A stretch of 64,000 nt of DNA from a virus (IMGVR_UViG_3300021511_000006:18562-82561); one strand, 5' to 3'. Counted from the stretch's first letter, positions 19,822-28,863 are shown. The notes: generated from the sequence alone by a model not told the origin. A program made the numbers and translations.

Positions 19822-21474
19822 TTAAGCTTGATCATACATATTTAAAATATCAATAAATCCACCCATTTCGTCAATGTGATTTTTAATATGTTTCATAATT
19901 CCATCATTGCTAAAATCAGATTGTGTATCTGCATTTCCTGCAATGATATTAGCCATCTCATTTGAGAGAGCAGTATATTCTTGAGTATCAATCATCATTG
20001 GTGGATCATATTTTCTTACATAGAATACACAAGATGTACCTAATGCTAAATCGTCATGACATCCTGTGTCTGCTTCAACTTTGCCATTTGTTTTTGTTAC
20101 AAGCCCAGTTAGTTCCAGTGCTAATCTTTCAGACTTAACACATTCAGGATATTGTGTAATATAAGAATATAAAGCATCAATCATTAATGGTCTAGTTTTT
20201 GTATTAGTTGATAGACCTGGTAATACTGTTTGTTTGCCTCGTTTTTCTTTGTATATCATAGATGAAAATTCACTATTATTAAGCTGTTCAACAACCTGAT
20301 TTCCATATGAGTTTGATTCTACAACAATCATTCCTGGATATTGTGTTGCTAATACTTTAACAACTTTTATAAAATCAAGTACTTTACATTTTCCTTGATA
20401 CTCGGCGACTTGTTCAAGAGTTTCATAATCCCATACAGTTACTGCAGATTTATCATCTCCATGTTCAGGTGCTGTATCTACACCCATTATATAATATCTG
20501 CCAGGAATTGGATTTACAAATCTCCATAATTCCCCATTAAACAATCTCAATTTTTCAGTAGGTTCCATAACAGCATTCTGAACTTTTTCTACAGTATCTG
20601 CTTCAAAGAATGATCCTTCTGTTGGTAAGAATTTAAGTTCTAACTCTTGCGCAATTTTTCGCTTATCATTATCGAATAGCTCACATTGAGTTTTGTACCA
20701 ATCAGCATCATCTGCTAATTCAGGAATCATTTTCCAATGAATTACAAAAGGTTCAAAAATATCATGTCTTGAAACTGCTTTATAGTATCTTTTAAAGTAC
20801 CATTCTCCAACTCCATTAGTTTTATTAGGTGTTGAAAGAACAACAGTTCCGTATGGAACATTTGCCTTTTTTGCTTGCATCTGATTAGTAGAAAGAGCGG
20901 GAACCATTGATGTCCAAGCAGAATCAATATGATGAACAAATGCTGCCTCATCTATAACTAGAAAAGTAATTGCTTTACCACGAAGAGTTTTATCTGGAGC
21001 ATTTGGATTAACAGGTGAAGCAAATACTTTACTTCCATTTGTAAGAATAAATGATTGTTCTGTCCTTTTTGCAAAACCTCTTCCTAACGGTCCTTTCGGA
21101 GGTTTCATCCATTCAGGAAGTTTTTCAACCATTCCTCTAATTGCTCTAGCAAAGTCAGTAGCTTCTCTACCGTCTTTAGAAATAATACCAATAACCGCAT
21201 TGTCATAAAATATCGTTAACCAGGCGGAATATGCTTGAATAATTGTAGAAATCCCTATTTGACGACTCTTTAAAACTAATACATAATGTTTGTTTTCAAT
21301 AAGATTAACAAGTTCAACTTGTTTCCTATATGGTTGAAGAAGAACGTCTTTACCGGGAACTTCTATCAGTATGTAACTACGACAAAAGTAATCAAAGTCG
21401 GCCTTACACTTTAAAAATTCAGCTACATAATTATCCGCCATTCCTTGAATTTCAGTGACTTGAAGTTTTGGCAT
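19822..21474 (-). CDS. terL: Terminase large subunit (T4 gp17-like)
   Basis: VLKSRQIGIST Walker A, FLVIDEAAF Walker B, LSTPN motif III, nuclease IMGVDTA and HDDLALG. Confidence 0.85.
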   Translation of the reverse strand: MPKLQVTEIQGMADNYVAEFLKCKADFDYFCRSYILIEVPGKDVLLQPYRKQVELVNLIENKHYVLVLKSRQIGISTIIQAYSAWLTIFYDNAVIGIISKDGREATDFARAIRGMVEKLPEWMKPPKGPLGRGFAKRTEQSFILTNGSKVFASPVNPNAPDKTLRGKAITFLVIDEAAFVHHIDSAWTSMVPALSTNQMQAKKANVPYGTVVLSTPNKTNGVGEWYFKRYYKAVSRHDIFEPFVIHWKMIPELADDADWYKTQCELFDNDKRKIAQELELKFLPTEGSFFEADTVEKVQNAVMEPTEKLRLFNGELWRFVNPIPGRYYIMGVDTAPEHGDDKSAVTVWDYETLEQVAEYQGKCKVLDFIKVVKVLATQYPGMIVVESNSYGNQVVEQLNNSEFSSMIYKEKRGKQTVLPGLSTNTKTRPLMIDALYSYITQYPECVKSERLALELTGLVTKTNGKVEADTGCHDDLALGTSCVFYVRKYDPPMMIDTQEYTALSNEMANIIAGNADTQSDFSNDGIMKHIKNHIDEMGGFIDILNMYDQA

Positions 21475-21480
21475 ACTAAT

Positions 21481-21502
21481 CTCCTTTTATTTTTGTTCTA
21501 AA
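21481..21502 (-). promoter_or_regulatory. Candidate late promoter motif B fused to the SD of terL
   Basis: Minus strand reads TTTAGAACAAAAATAAAAGGAG. Confidence 0.5.
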
Positions 21503-21521
21503 TTAGGATATATATCTCATA

Positions 21522-21542
21522 CTATATATATTAATTAATGAA
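21522..21542 (+). promoter_or_regulatory. Candidate phage promoter motif A, second copy
   Basis: CTATATATATTAATTAATGAA, 20/21 identical to the copy at 4503-4523. Confidence 0.5.
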
Positions 21543-21588
21543 TAAGAACTTGAGAATTTTTTAAAAATCATAAAAAAAGGAGTCTGAA

Positions 21589-21654
21589 ATGAAGAAGAGC
21601 GGTTTAGGGTTATGTGAAAGTCTCGATATACTTATTTTTTATTTTTCTTACTGA
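21589..21654 (+). CDS. Candidate 21-aa micro-ORF (MKKSGLGLCESLDILIFYFSY)
   Basis: Strong AAAGGAG SD 7 nt upstream. Preceded by motif A and followed by a G/C hairpin and T-run. Confidence 0.3.
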   Translation: MKKSGLGLCESLDILIFYFSY

Positions 21655-21663
21655 CGTGGTATT

Positions 21664-21699
21664 AATTAGGGTGGGGGGGGTTTCCCCTTAATTCTTTTT
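21664..21699 (+). terminator. Possible terminator hairpin
   Basis: AATTAGGGTGGGGGGGGTTTCCCCTTAATT followed by CTTTTT. Confidence 0.35.
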
Positions 21700-22965
21700 A
21701 TTTGTTCTAACTAAATTTATTGTCGCTGTAGTTTCCCAATTACCTGACTTTGAAAAATTTATAGCAGAACTCCAAAGAATATACTTCCCTTCAAAATCTG
21801 CATATTCTATAGTCTTTGGTTTAAACTTTACACATTCACCAACATTAATTAAATTTAAAACTGGTAAGTTTCTTTCTATATTAATTGAGATAGTTGATAA
21901 GTCAGCAATCGTTCTAGAAAATCTAGAATTAAATATTACTGGTTCAGTATTAAAACCAGTATCTTCATTATAATATCTTGTTCTATATACGGCAGGATCT
22001 ATATATAATGGACTTGAAATTGATTTTGATTGGTAATGTAATGAATACGATTCTGCTACAGTTTCTAACTCCTGATTAATTGTTGCGCTTATTGTATTGT
22101 TCGGTCTTACAAGATGTTTTAATGAAGTTGCCAGCTTTGCAAATTTTGCGTTACCGGAATAATCTGTTTGTATTGTATCATAAGTATAAAAGACTTCTCC
22201 GGTTGCTGATTCATCTATAATACGATCCATTTCTTTTTTGTCTTTCATACTTGCCATTTCATAAACTGTGAACGTCTGAGCTTTTTTCAACTTTGCAGTT
22301 AGATTTTTAATATAAACAGTACTATCATATTGACAGAAAACACCAGGTACTCCATCAAATAGCCCAAATCTTTGATCTAAAAAACCATCAAATACATCTG
22401 GATCATTTCTTGTATGCTCTTTAACGATTTTATAGAAAGTTGTTGGAGGAATACATACTTGATCAATTGCAAGTTTATTTTGACCATTTATATCATATTC
22501 TAATGTTGCTCCCACATCAGATGCTAAACTTGATATTATTGAAGATAGATTAGTACCGATAAATACTTTATTAACAAGAGAGTTCATAATGATATATGCT
22601 TTTCTTGCTACAGTTGTTACAGTTAATGTTGTTCTATCTTTTTGAGTCATTTTAGACATTTCATCTTTCTGTGTAAGTTGAAAACCAGAAGATACATATA
22701 ATAATTCAATATCAATTCTAGGACCAGGATAACTTTGTTCTCTAAGTAATGTTATACTTAACTTAATTGGTTCCCCACCAAAGATATCTTCTACTATTAC
22801 ATCATTGGGGTCGATCTGCATTGTTAAGGTTACAACCTGATATGCAGTTGAAAGAGACGAACCAAATACTATATTTGTCATATCATTTGTATAATCTAAA
22901 TCTTTTATTTTAACTTGGAGATCATATGATTCGCTTGGAGTAAATACTCTTTTTTCTTCTGGCAT
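21688..22965 (-). CDS. Putative baseplate hub / tail protein (gp27-like)
   Basis: Start MPEEKR at 22965 behind AAAGGAG. Beta-rich with C-terminal GECVKF..GKYIL..ETTATINLVR typical of hub proteins. Confidence 0.45.
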   Translation of the reverse strand: MPEEKRVFTPSESYDLQVKIKDLDYTNDMTNIVFGSSLSTAYQVVTLTMQIDPNDVIVEDIFGGEPIKLSITLLREQSYPGPRIDIELLYVSSGFQLTQKDEMSKMTQKDRTTLTVTTVARKAYIIMNSLVNKVFIGTNLSSIISSLASDVGATLEYDINGQNKLAIDQVCIPPTTFYKIVKEHTRNDPDVFDGFLDQRFGLFDGVPGVFCQYDSTVYIKNLTAKLKKAQTFTVYEMASMKDKKEMDRIIDESATGEVFYTYDTIQTDYSGNAKFAKLATSLKHLVRPNNTISATINQELETVAESYSLHYQSKSISSPLYIDPAVYRTRYYNEDTGFNTEPVIFNSRFSRTIADLSTISINIERNLPVLNLINVGECVKFKPKTIEYADFEGKYILWSSAINFSKSGNWETTATINLVRTNKKN

Positions 22966-22976
22966 ATTAAATCGAA

Positions 22977-22999
22977 CTCCTTTTATTTTTTGTTCCAAA
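22977..22999 (-). promoter_or_regulatory. Candidate late promoter motif B fused to an SD
   Basis: Minus strand reads TTTGGAACAAAAAATAAAAGGAG. Confidence 0.5.
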
Positions 23000-23013
23000 A
23001 AAAATCTATAAAA

Positions 23014-23142
23014 AGTGAAGGATGAGAGGTATGGTCTCCAAACTGGTACCAACCCAGTTCATACCTCCCACCCGACACCCCTTCACTAACTCTCCGGTAT
23101 GGTCTAAGTACCGGATACAACAAGGAGGACCCGCTATGGGTC
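23014..23142 (-). ncRNA. GC-rich structured intergenic RNA element (nested stem-loop plus two hairpins)
   Basis: AGTGAAGG/CCTTCACT, GAGGTATG/CATACCTC and AACTGG/CCAGTT nested; then TCCGGTA/TACCGGA and GACCC/GGGTC. GGTATGGTCT occurs twice. Confidence 0.45.
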
Positions 23143-24053
23143 TATGATGATTGAAGTCTATCTAAGACTTCATACATCCGTGGTGGAATTACAAGTACGC
23201 TTTCCGCAGCATTCTCCAATAACCTTTTGATATTCAGGTTAGGTTCAAAACTACTGTAGCATACAATTGCAAGAAATATCTGCCAAGCTGATGGAAGTCC
23301 TGACTCGGGAGATATATTATCAAGAAGAGCTGAAATTCCCTCTCTTCTTTTTTTGCCGTAACCTTCAATAACATCTAATAAGGTCAGCATTTCGTCCTCT
23401 GTTACTCTACTCTCAAAACTTTGAGTAATCATATCAAGGATACTATCTGTAAAGACCTGCATATATGAATTTACGGCAGAAGTTACACTGGTCATTGAAC
23501 TCTCAATATGCACTTGTCTTAATTCTCCCAAAGTAAATGCAAATGTGATTTTACTGTGATCATAATCCATAGTGATACCAAATGCAATAGTTGCTGCTCT
23601 AGTACCGTTATAGCTATTATTGACAATCATCACTGGTAATACATCACCAGCATTTGGGACATTTTGAGAACTTTGGATGATAATTTCATTTCTCATCCTT
23701 GTGAGAAGATCATCTAGAATTGTATTCTCTTCTAATATTGGCATGCCAACAGATAAGATTGCTTCTCGAATCTTTTGATTTAAAACATCGTTGCCAATAA
23801 ACTTGTACATGTCAGAGACACATCCAGCATATTTATAATCTATCCACTCTGGTTTTTTGGTAAATATACCTAGTTTAGGAACTGCTAAACCGTCTGTTTC
23901 ATGTAGACTAGGAGTAGCTATGTTTGTAAATTTTGTAGCAAGCTGACGATATATAACTTCACCATATAAATCGTTGTAAGAGTACATACCTTTTTCTTCA
24001 GCGTGTGTTATATCGAGGCCCATTTGTTCTGCTCGTTCATGAAACGGTGTCAC
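23142..24053 (-). CDS. DUF932-like phage protein
   Basis: VSDMYKFIGN and MIVNNSYNGT resemble DUF932 (LLNSHDGS) motifs. GTG start. Confidence 0.4.
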   Translation of the reverse strand: MTPFHERAEQMGLDITHAEEKGMYSYNDLYGEVIYRQLATKFTNIATPSLHETDGLAVPKLGIFTKKPEWIDYKYAGCVSDMYKFIGNDVLNQKIREAILSVGMPILEENTILDDLLTRMRNEIIIQSSQNVPNAGDVLPVMIVNNSYNGTRAATIAFGITMDYDHSKITFAFTLGELRQVHIESSMTSVTSAVNSYMQVFTDSILDMITQSFESRVTEDEMLTLLDVIEGYGKKRREGISALLDNISPESGLPSAWQIFLAIVCYSSFEPNLNIKRLLENAAESVLVIPPRMYEVLDRLQSS

Positions 24054-24057
24054 CTAA

Positions 24058-24348
24058 TCACCCCTTTTTGATTATTTTAGTCATTGCTTTTATCAACTTT
24101 CTTTTCATACCTTCTTGAAACATTACCATTCTACCATCAAATACCTGTTCAGCTAATATATGACTTAATATATCAACAAGACATTCTGTATTAACATTTC
24201 CTGATGGACCATAACGATTTTTTGCAATATGTACTCCGTCTATATGATCAACATATAAAATTAAATTGGCACTGTGAGTACGTTCTGATATAGTTGGATG
24301 TTTTATCTTATATGGATTTGTTGTGCAATCGGAATTTAACCCATTCAT
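24058..24348 (-). CDS. Small protein resembling the DnaB/RadA C-terminal KNRxG segment
   Basis: HSANLILYV...HIAKNRYGPSG. Confidence 0.4.
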   Translation of the reverse strand: MNGLNSDCTTNPYKIKHPTISERTHSANLILYVDHIDGVHIAKNRYGPSGNVNTECLVDILSHILAEQVFDGRMVMFQEGMKRKLIKAMTKIIKKG

Positions 24349-24947
24349 ATTCTTTCAGCCAAAAATCTTAAATATATATCTCGACCATCGAAATCATAAG
24401 AAGATATACAATTCTTCACTATAAATCTTTCTTCTAAGCCAAAGAAATACTCTGCTCGAGAGGATGTCCATATGGATGCATGTGGACATCCTGGTTCATT
24501 TAGAAGCTCAGTTGTTAGTATTATATTATGTGCTTCAAAGTTTCCGCCAGCTGGATCCAATGGATCTTCTTTTAAAATCATACTTGCTAATATTTCGTAA
24601 TCAGGAACAACAATATCTACAAGACCTTCTTTTTTAACAACAGTTGACATAAGATATATAAAATATAGAACTCTATCCATAGGAATATGTTCAAGAAATC
24701 TATATGCACAAACCCGATCAAACACTATCTGTGTCCTTTCCATAAATGTAAATGCATCTTCTTTACAAAAATATTCCATATCTATTGTACTGCCATTTTT
24801 TCTCCAAAGAGAAACTATATCTTCAAGATCTTCTGGTTCCCAAGCTGAATAATAGGATGTATCTAAATTAATTAAAAGATGCGGTCCTTTATCCTGACCA
24901 AGCAGTATTGGTTGAATTTTTCCTGCGCCTAAATTTAATATTATCAT
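24345..24947 (-). CDS. Class I SAM-dependent methyltransferase
   Basis: ILNLGAG motif I, FLEHI, VKKEGLV.IVVPD. Confidence 0.7.
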   Translation of the reverse strand: MIILNLGAGKIQPILLGQDKGPHLLINLDTSYYSAWEPEDLEDIVSLWRKNGSTIDMEYFCKEDAFTFMERTQIVFDRVCAYRFLEHIPMDRVLYFIYLMSTVVKKEGLVDIVVPDYEILASMILKEDPLDPAGGNFEAHNIILTTELLNEPGCPHASIWTSSRAEYFFGLEERFIVKNCISSYDFDGRDIYLRFLAERI

Positions 24948-24950
24948 TTT

Positions 24951-25682
24951 TTACCTCACAAATTCTGTTACGATACTTTTAGTAAACGGTTGAATATAAA
25001 ACTTAAAGTATCTATCTTTATCAATATCATCTGTATCCATAATTTTTAATGTTTGTGGAGAAATCTCCATTTCACCATAAGCTTTTAAGAAGACATTGAC
25101 TTTTCCGTTTTTTAATGGAACTCCAAACAAGTTTGGATTGTTTGAGTTTATAAATTTATCTTTTATTTTTTGTAGATTCCGAAAGATGGAATCTTTATTT
25201 GCGTAATTGATTCTACAAATTTGCTCGTAGATTTTATCAATTGCATTATATCTAAATGCAACACCTTTTATAGATGTGTTAAGTTCACTATCAAATGCAA
25301 TATATTTTTTTCGGTCAATAGATGAAATGAATATTTGAAAATGTTTTCTTATGTTTAATGGAACATGATGGATATTAGTTTCTGCTAAAGTTTTAGTTAT
25401 TATAATACCATCATATTGTCTAAGAATAATATCATCATCTGTGATATTATTACGTAAGATATATTCATCAATTATTGATCTGGTTGTAGTACGTAATATT
25501 GATGTTAATTTGGGATTCTTTCTCATCATTTTGCCTATCTGAATATTTCTTTCTAATTTATTATTTCGATCAACTCCAGATAGATCCATTCCAAGTTTTG
25601 TCATTATTGTATAATGACATGCTTCAATATCGTAAAGATAAACATCTCTTAAAATTAGCTTTACATTTTTGTTAATATTCAT
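24951..25682 (-). CDS. Minimal family-B-like DNA polymerase palm/fingers domain
   Basis: YLYDIEACHY (motif A-like), KLERNIQIG (KxxxNxxxG motif B-like), RQYDGII (motif C-like), IKGV. Confidence 0.45.
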   Translation of the reverse strand: MNINKNVKLILRDVYLYDIEACHYTIMTKLGMDLSGVDRNNKLERNIQIGKMMRKNPKLTSILRTTTRSIIDEYILRNNITDDDIILRQYDGIIITKTLAETNIHHVPLNIRKHFQIFISSIDRKKYIAFDSELNTSIKGVAFRYNAIDKIYEQICRINYANKDSIFRNLQKIKDKFINSNNPNLFGVPLKNGKVNVFLKAYGEMEISPQTLKIMDTDDIDKDRYFKFYIQPFTKSIVTEFVR

Positions 25683-25691
25683 AATAAGTAA

Positions 25692-25757
25692 TGGGCGGGG
25701 TGGTCGCCTTTTGACTTTTAAGTATTACTGTCAATCCACGGCTCACAGTCCCGCCCA
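25692..25757 (-). other. Long bulged GC-rich intergenic stem-loop
   Basis: TGGGCGGG/CCCGCCCA, GTGG/CCAC and TTGAC/GTCAA nested pairs. Confidence 0.5.
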
Positions 25758-25763
25758 ACTTCC

Positions 25764-26507
25764 TTATGTTAAAATGTCAATGAGAGCACCATCAATTTGA
25801 AGATGATGGTTAATATCTGTGACTTCTTCTTGTCTCTCAAGCAACCAGTTTACAACATCCTGATTAGTTGTAAATCCATCAATTGCTTTTGCGCTTTGTT
25901 TGTATAGAAGTTGTAATGCTTCTAAATCAGCATTGACTAATAGTTTTGCTGATATTTCAGTGACATTACTTGTAGTTACTTCGAGTTCAGTATCTTTCTT
26001 TTTAACTCTGGCCGTAGCATACGGAATCATCTTTCCATCAATGTTATTACAGAAAACAGCAATGAGTCCTGTTTTTACCCCATAACATTTAATGAAGATA
26101 TTATTCTCATATTCATAGACTATTCTGAACCCGTTGTTATATACATCCATCAATGTAGCAGGAAGGTTCAGAACTGGATGTACGTCAGCGTTTTCAAATA
26201 CTCTTAGATTCCTCTTATCATTGCCTTCGGAATCCGGTTCAATATTTGAATCTTTGACTGCCATAATTAAGGTTTTCGCCGGATCGACTCCTCTGATGGC
26301 AACTTTAACTTGATTGATGTTATCAAACTGGTCACAATTTTGTTCAAACCAGTCAGACAGAGATATAATACTGATTGTATTGTCTTGTACTTCTTCACTT
26401 ATTGCTTCTACTTCTTCGGCGGGTAAATCTAAATCTGCCTCCGAAAATGCAACTGCTTCATCTATAGCAGGTCCATCTTTTACCATTTGAGATAAATTCT
26501 CGTTCAT
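25764..26507 (-). CDS. Hypothetical acidic protein
   Basis: 247-aa ORF with SD. No recognised motif. Confidence 0.6.
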   Translation of the reverse strand: MNENLSQMVKDGPAIDEAVAFSEADLDLPAEEVEAISEEVQDNTISIISLSDWFEQNCDQFDNINQVKVAIRGVDPAKTLIMAVKDSNIEPDSEGNDKRNLRVFENADVHPVLNLPATLMDVYNNGFRIVYEYENNIFIKCYGVKTGLIAVFCNNIDGKMIPYATARVKKKDTELEVTTSNVTEISAKLLVNADLEALQLLYKQSAKAIDGFTTNQDVVNWLLERQEEVTDINHHLQIDGALIDILT

Positions 26508-26530
26508 ATTGATTAAGTCTCCTTAAAATA

Positions 26531-26887
26531 TTAGTCTTTCCACTTCTTTGAATCCTCTTTGGGATTCTCTCTCCATTTTTCGGCATTAATTTTAGTATAT
26601 GTTTCGAGTGCAGCTCCTGCGAGAGCTAGGATTTTTATAACCTCTTCGTATGCCTTTACTGGTGCTACTCCATGATTATCAAATTCTACACATGAATCTA
26701 ACCATGGTGGTAATTCTTTTTCCCATTTTCCTGCGTATGCTTCTATAGCTTTATCTGCATATCTTTTTAGAAATAGGAGGAAACTAGGAAAGCTTAAAGA
26801 TTTGTCATCTGAATATTCTCCAAAGGCTTCGACTTCATAATCTCGTTCTTTGAAGTAAAGATTTATTACATCGAACTCTTTATTCAT
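26531..26887 (-). CDS. Hypothetical protein, possibly MazG-like helical fold
   Basis: YEEVIKILALAGAALE resembles the ELIQVAAVA motif of MazG-like proteins. Confidence 0.35.
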   Translation of the reverse strand: MNKEFDVINLYFKERDYEVEAFGEYSDDKSLSFPSFLLFLKRYADKAIEAYAGKWEKELPPWLDSCVEFDNHGVAPVKAYEEVIKILALAGAALETYTKINAEKWRENPKEDSKKWKD

Positions 26888-27513
26888 ATGTTTGTCTCCA
26901 GTATTTGTTTTGTTTTCTTAAGAAACATGTCTCGAGATTCTTCTGAATCTCCATACTTAGTTAATAGTTTTGCGATAAACTCTGATAAATTAAAATCAAA
27001 TAAAAACCACGTCTTATCAATAACTTTAAATGGTTTTTTCATTTTAACGTAAATATTCCCATCTCTGTGTAAATGTGGAAAAGTTGATGTTTTCCTATAT
27101 GGTTTAGTAACATAATATTTTCTTGTTTTACAGGGTTTAGATCCTGTAAGAAACATGAGTATTTTACCATAGTCTATATATGTTTGTCGTTTATATTTAA
27201 TCCATCTATAGCGATTAACAATCACAGCGTATTGGTTATCAGCGTATTTTGCTATAATTGGATTACGTCTCCAAAACTTTTTCTTATCAACTCTACTAGT
27301 TGGAAACCAATCTCTCCAATCTCCAAAATCTCGCTCATAATATCCAGAACCAAATCTGACTATATCTCCTTTTCTAATAGATAGTCTTTCAGAATCTTCT
27401 ACTGTTTCATATCTTGTAGGATATTCTTGTCCAGTAAGGTGGAATCGAAAACGTCCACAAGAAGGACTATAAACATTATATGAGTTAAAACTCTCATGTT
27501 TCCAAGCTTCCAT
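26884..27513 (-). CDS. Hypothetical basic protein
   Basis: 209-aa ORF, translationally coupled to folE2. Confidence 0.55.
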   Translation of the reverse strand: MEAWKHESFNSYNVYSPSCGRFRFHLTGQEYPTRYETVEDSERLSIRKGDIVRFGSGYYERDFGDWRDWFPTSRVDKKKFWRRNPIIAKYADNQYAVIVNRYRWIKYKRQTYIDYGKILMFLTGSKPCKTRKYYVTKPYRKTSTFPHLHRDGNIYVKMKKPFKVIDKTWFLFDFNLSEFIAKLLTKYGDSEESRDMFLKKTKQILETNI

Positions 27514-28400
27514 TATAAGTAACGTTTCCCATCAAATCCTCCTGGGATTCCTTTCCAGTTGACTGCAATGGCTTCAGAAGTATGTATTGATTCTTCATGG
27601 CTACACTTAATAATCCAATCACGAATTCCGTCAATGTTAGTTAATGATTGAGATATAGCTCTTATCGCATCTTCAACAAACATAGGATTCTCACCTGCGA
27701 CTCGAGCAATCTCCTGTTCATCAACTCTCTTAATAATTGGATATGGTTGCGTTGGTATTACGTTTTCAACGGCTTCAATAATATCCTCCAACCAAACATA
27801 TTTATCAGTATAAGGATTAGCTTCAACCATTATATGAGCAAATGATCTTTGATTATGAGGGAATCCTTTTGTATCAAGAACACTACATAATTCAGCAGAG
27901 CATGGACAATATGAAGCATATTGAATTGTTGCTCCTTGAAAGAATCTGTAAACCAATCCAGGTTTTTTTGGTCCGGTTGGTTGTGTTACTTGAACCTCAT
28001 ATACCTGTCCTTCAAATCTACATTTATAATAGATAGGAAATTGATTATCAGATATAATTGATTTTTTAATAATTGGCATTCTAAAATCGAATGTCATATA
28101 CGCTCCGGCACCTCCAACATTTTCAAGCATTTTTTGTAAAATTTCTTTAATCAATGCGCTTTTTAATGGTAGATCTAAATATGGTTTTAATGTAAGTAGG
28201 AGTCTAGACATTGAGATGCCTTTAGTATCAGCATCAAGACTAGTTCTTATAGCAACGTTTGCAATCATTTGATGAAATCCACCATACTTAGATTCAAGTT
28301 TAAATGGAACTTCAACATTTTCGACTCCTACTTGCATAATAGGAATTTTGATATTTGGTTCTGTACATTGAATATCAGGTAAACATTTTTTATCTATCAT
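27513..28400 (-). CDS. folE2: GTP cyclohydrolase IB (FolE2/MptA family)
   Basis: QVGVENV, KGISMSRL, YCPCS, HNQRS, PMFVEDAIR, HEESIH. Confidence 0.9.
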   Translation of the reverse strand: MIDKKCLPDIQCTEPNIKIPIMQVGVENVEVPFKLESKYGGFHQMIANVAIRTSLDADTKGISMSRLLLTLKPYLDLPLKSALIKEILQKMLENVGGAGAYMTFDFRMPIIKKSIISDNQFPIYYKCRFEGQVYEVQVTQPTGPKKPGLVYRFFQGATIQYASYCPCSAELCSVLDTKGFPHNQRSFAHIMVEANPYTDKYVWLEDIIEAVENVIPTQPYPIIKRVDEQEIARVAGENPMFVEDAIRAISQSLTNIDGIRDWIIKCSHEESIHTSEAIAVNWKGIPGGFDGKRYL

Positions 28401-28412
28401 AAATTTTTTCTC

Positions 28413-28682
28413 CTATAAAGTTGGGAGCACAGTTTTATTAAAAATTATTTCAACTTCATCTTGCCACTGCTGGAAATCAGATGGGGTAACTTTAGAATCT
28501 GGCTGTGGTTCAATATTGTGCTCTATATCGTCCATGCAATGGAATATTAGATCTGAAGGATACCCAAAAGGATCATGATCAGCACTTTCAAGAAAATTCT
28601 CTTCAATAGTAAATGACCGGTCCGGAACTTTTCGAGTGATCATAATTTCGGCACCACATATTGGACAATACATTTTTTTCAT
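28413..28682 (-). CDS. Small Zn-ribbon protein
   Basis: N-terminal CPICG and later FHC...H. Confidence 0.5.
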   Translation of the reverse strand: MKKMYCPICGAEIMITRKVPDRSFTIEENFLESADHDPFGYPSDLIFHCMDDIEHNIEPQPDSKVTPSDFQQWQDEVEIIFNKTVLPTL

Positions 28683-28861
28683 ATATCTAAATCCTTTGGA
28701 TTAAATATTGGTAAATGTTTTTCTTTATCTTCTTCTTGTTCTTTAGCTATTTTTTTAAGTTCTGCTTTTATTTTTTCTTTATCTTCTTCAATCTTTAAAT
28801 TTTCCCAAACAACTTTATAATTTCCAGTAGTAGCAGTAGCAGTATAATAACCATTTTCCAT
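28679..28861 (-). CDS. Hypothetical 60-aa protein
   Basis: Stop/start coupling with both neighbours. Confidence 0.45.
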   Translation of the reverse strand: MENGYYTATATTGNYKVVWENLKIEEDKEKIKAELKKIAKEQEEDKEKHLPIFNPKDLDI

Positions 28862-28863
28862 TG

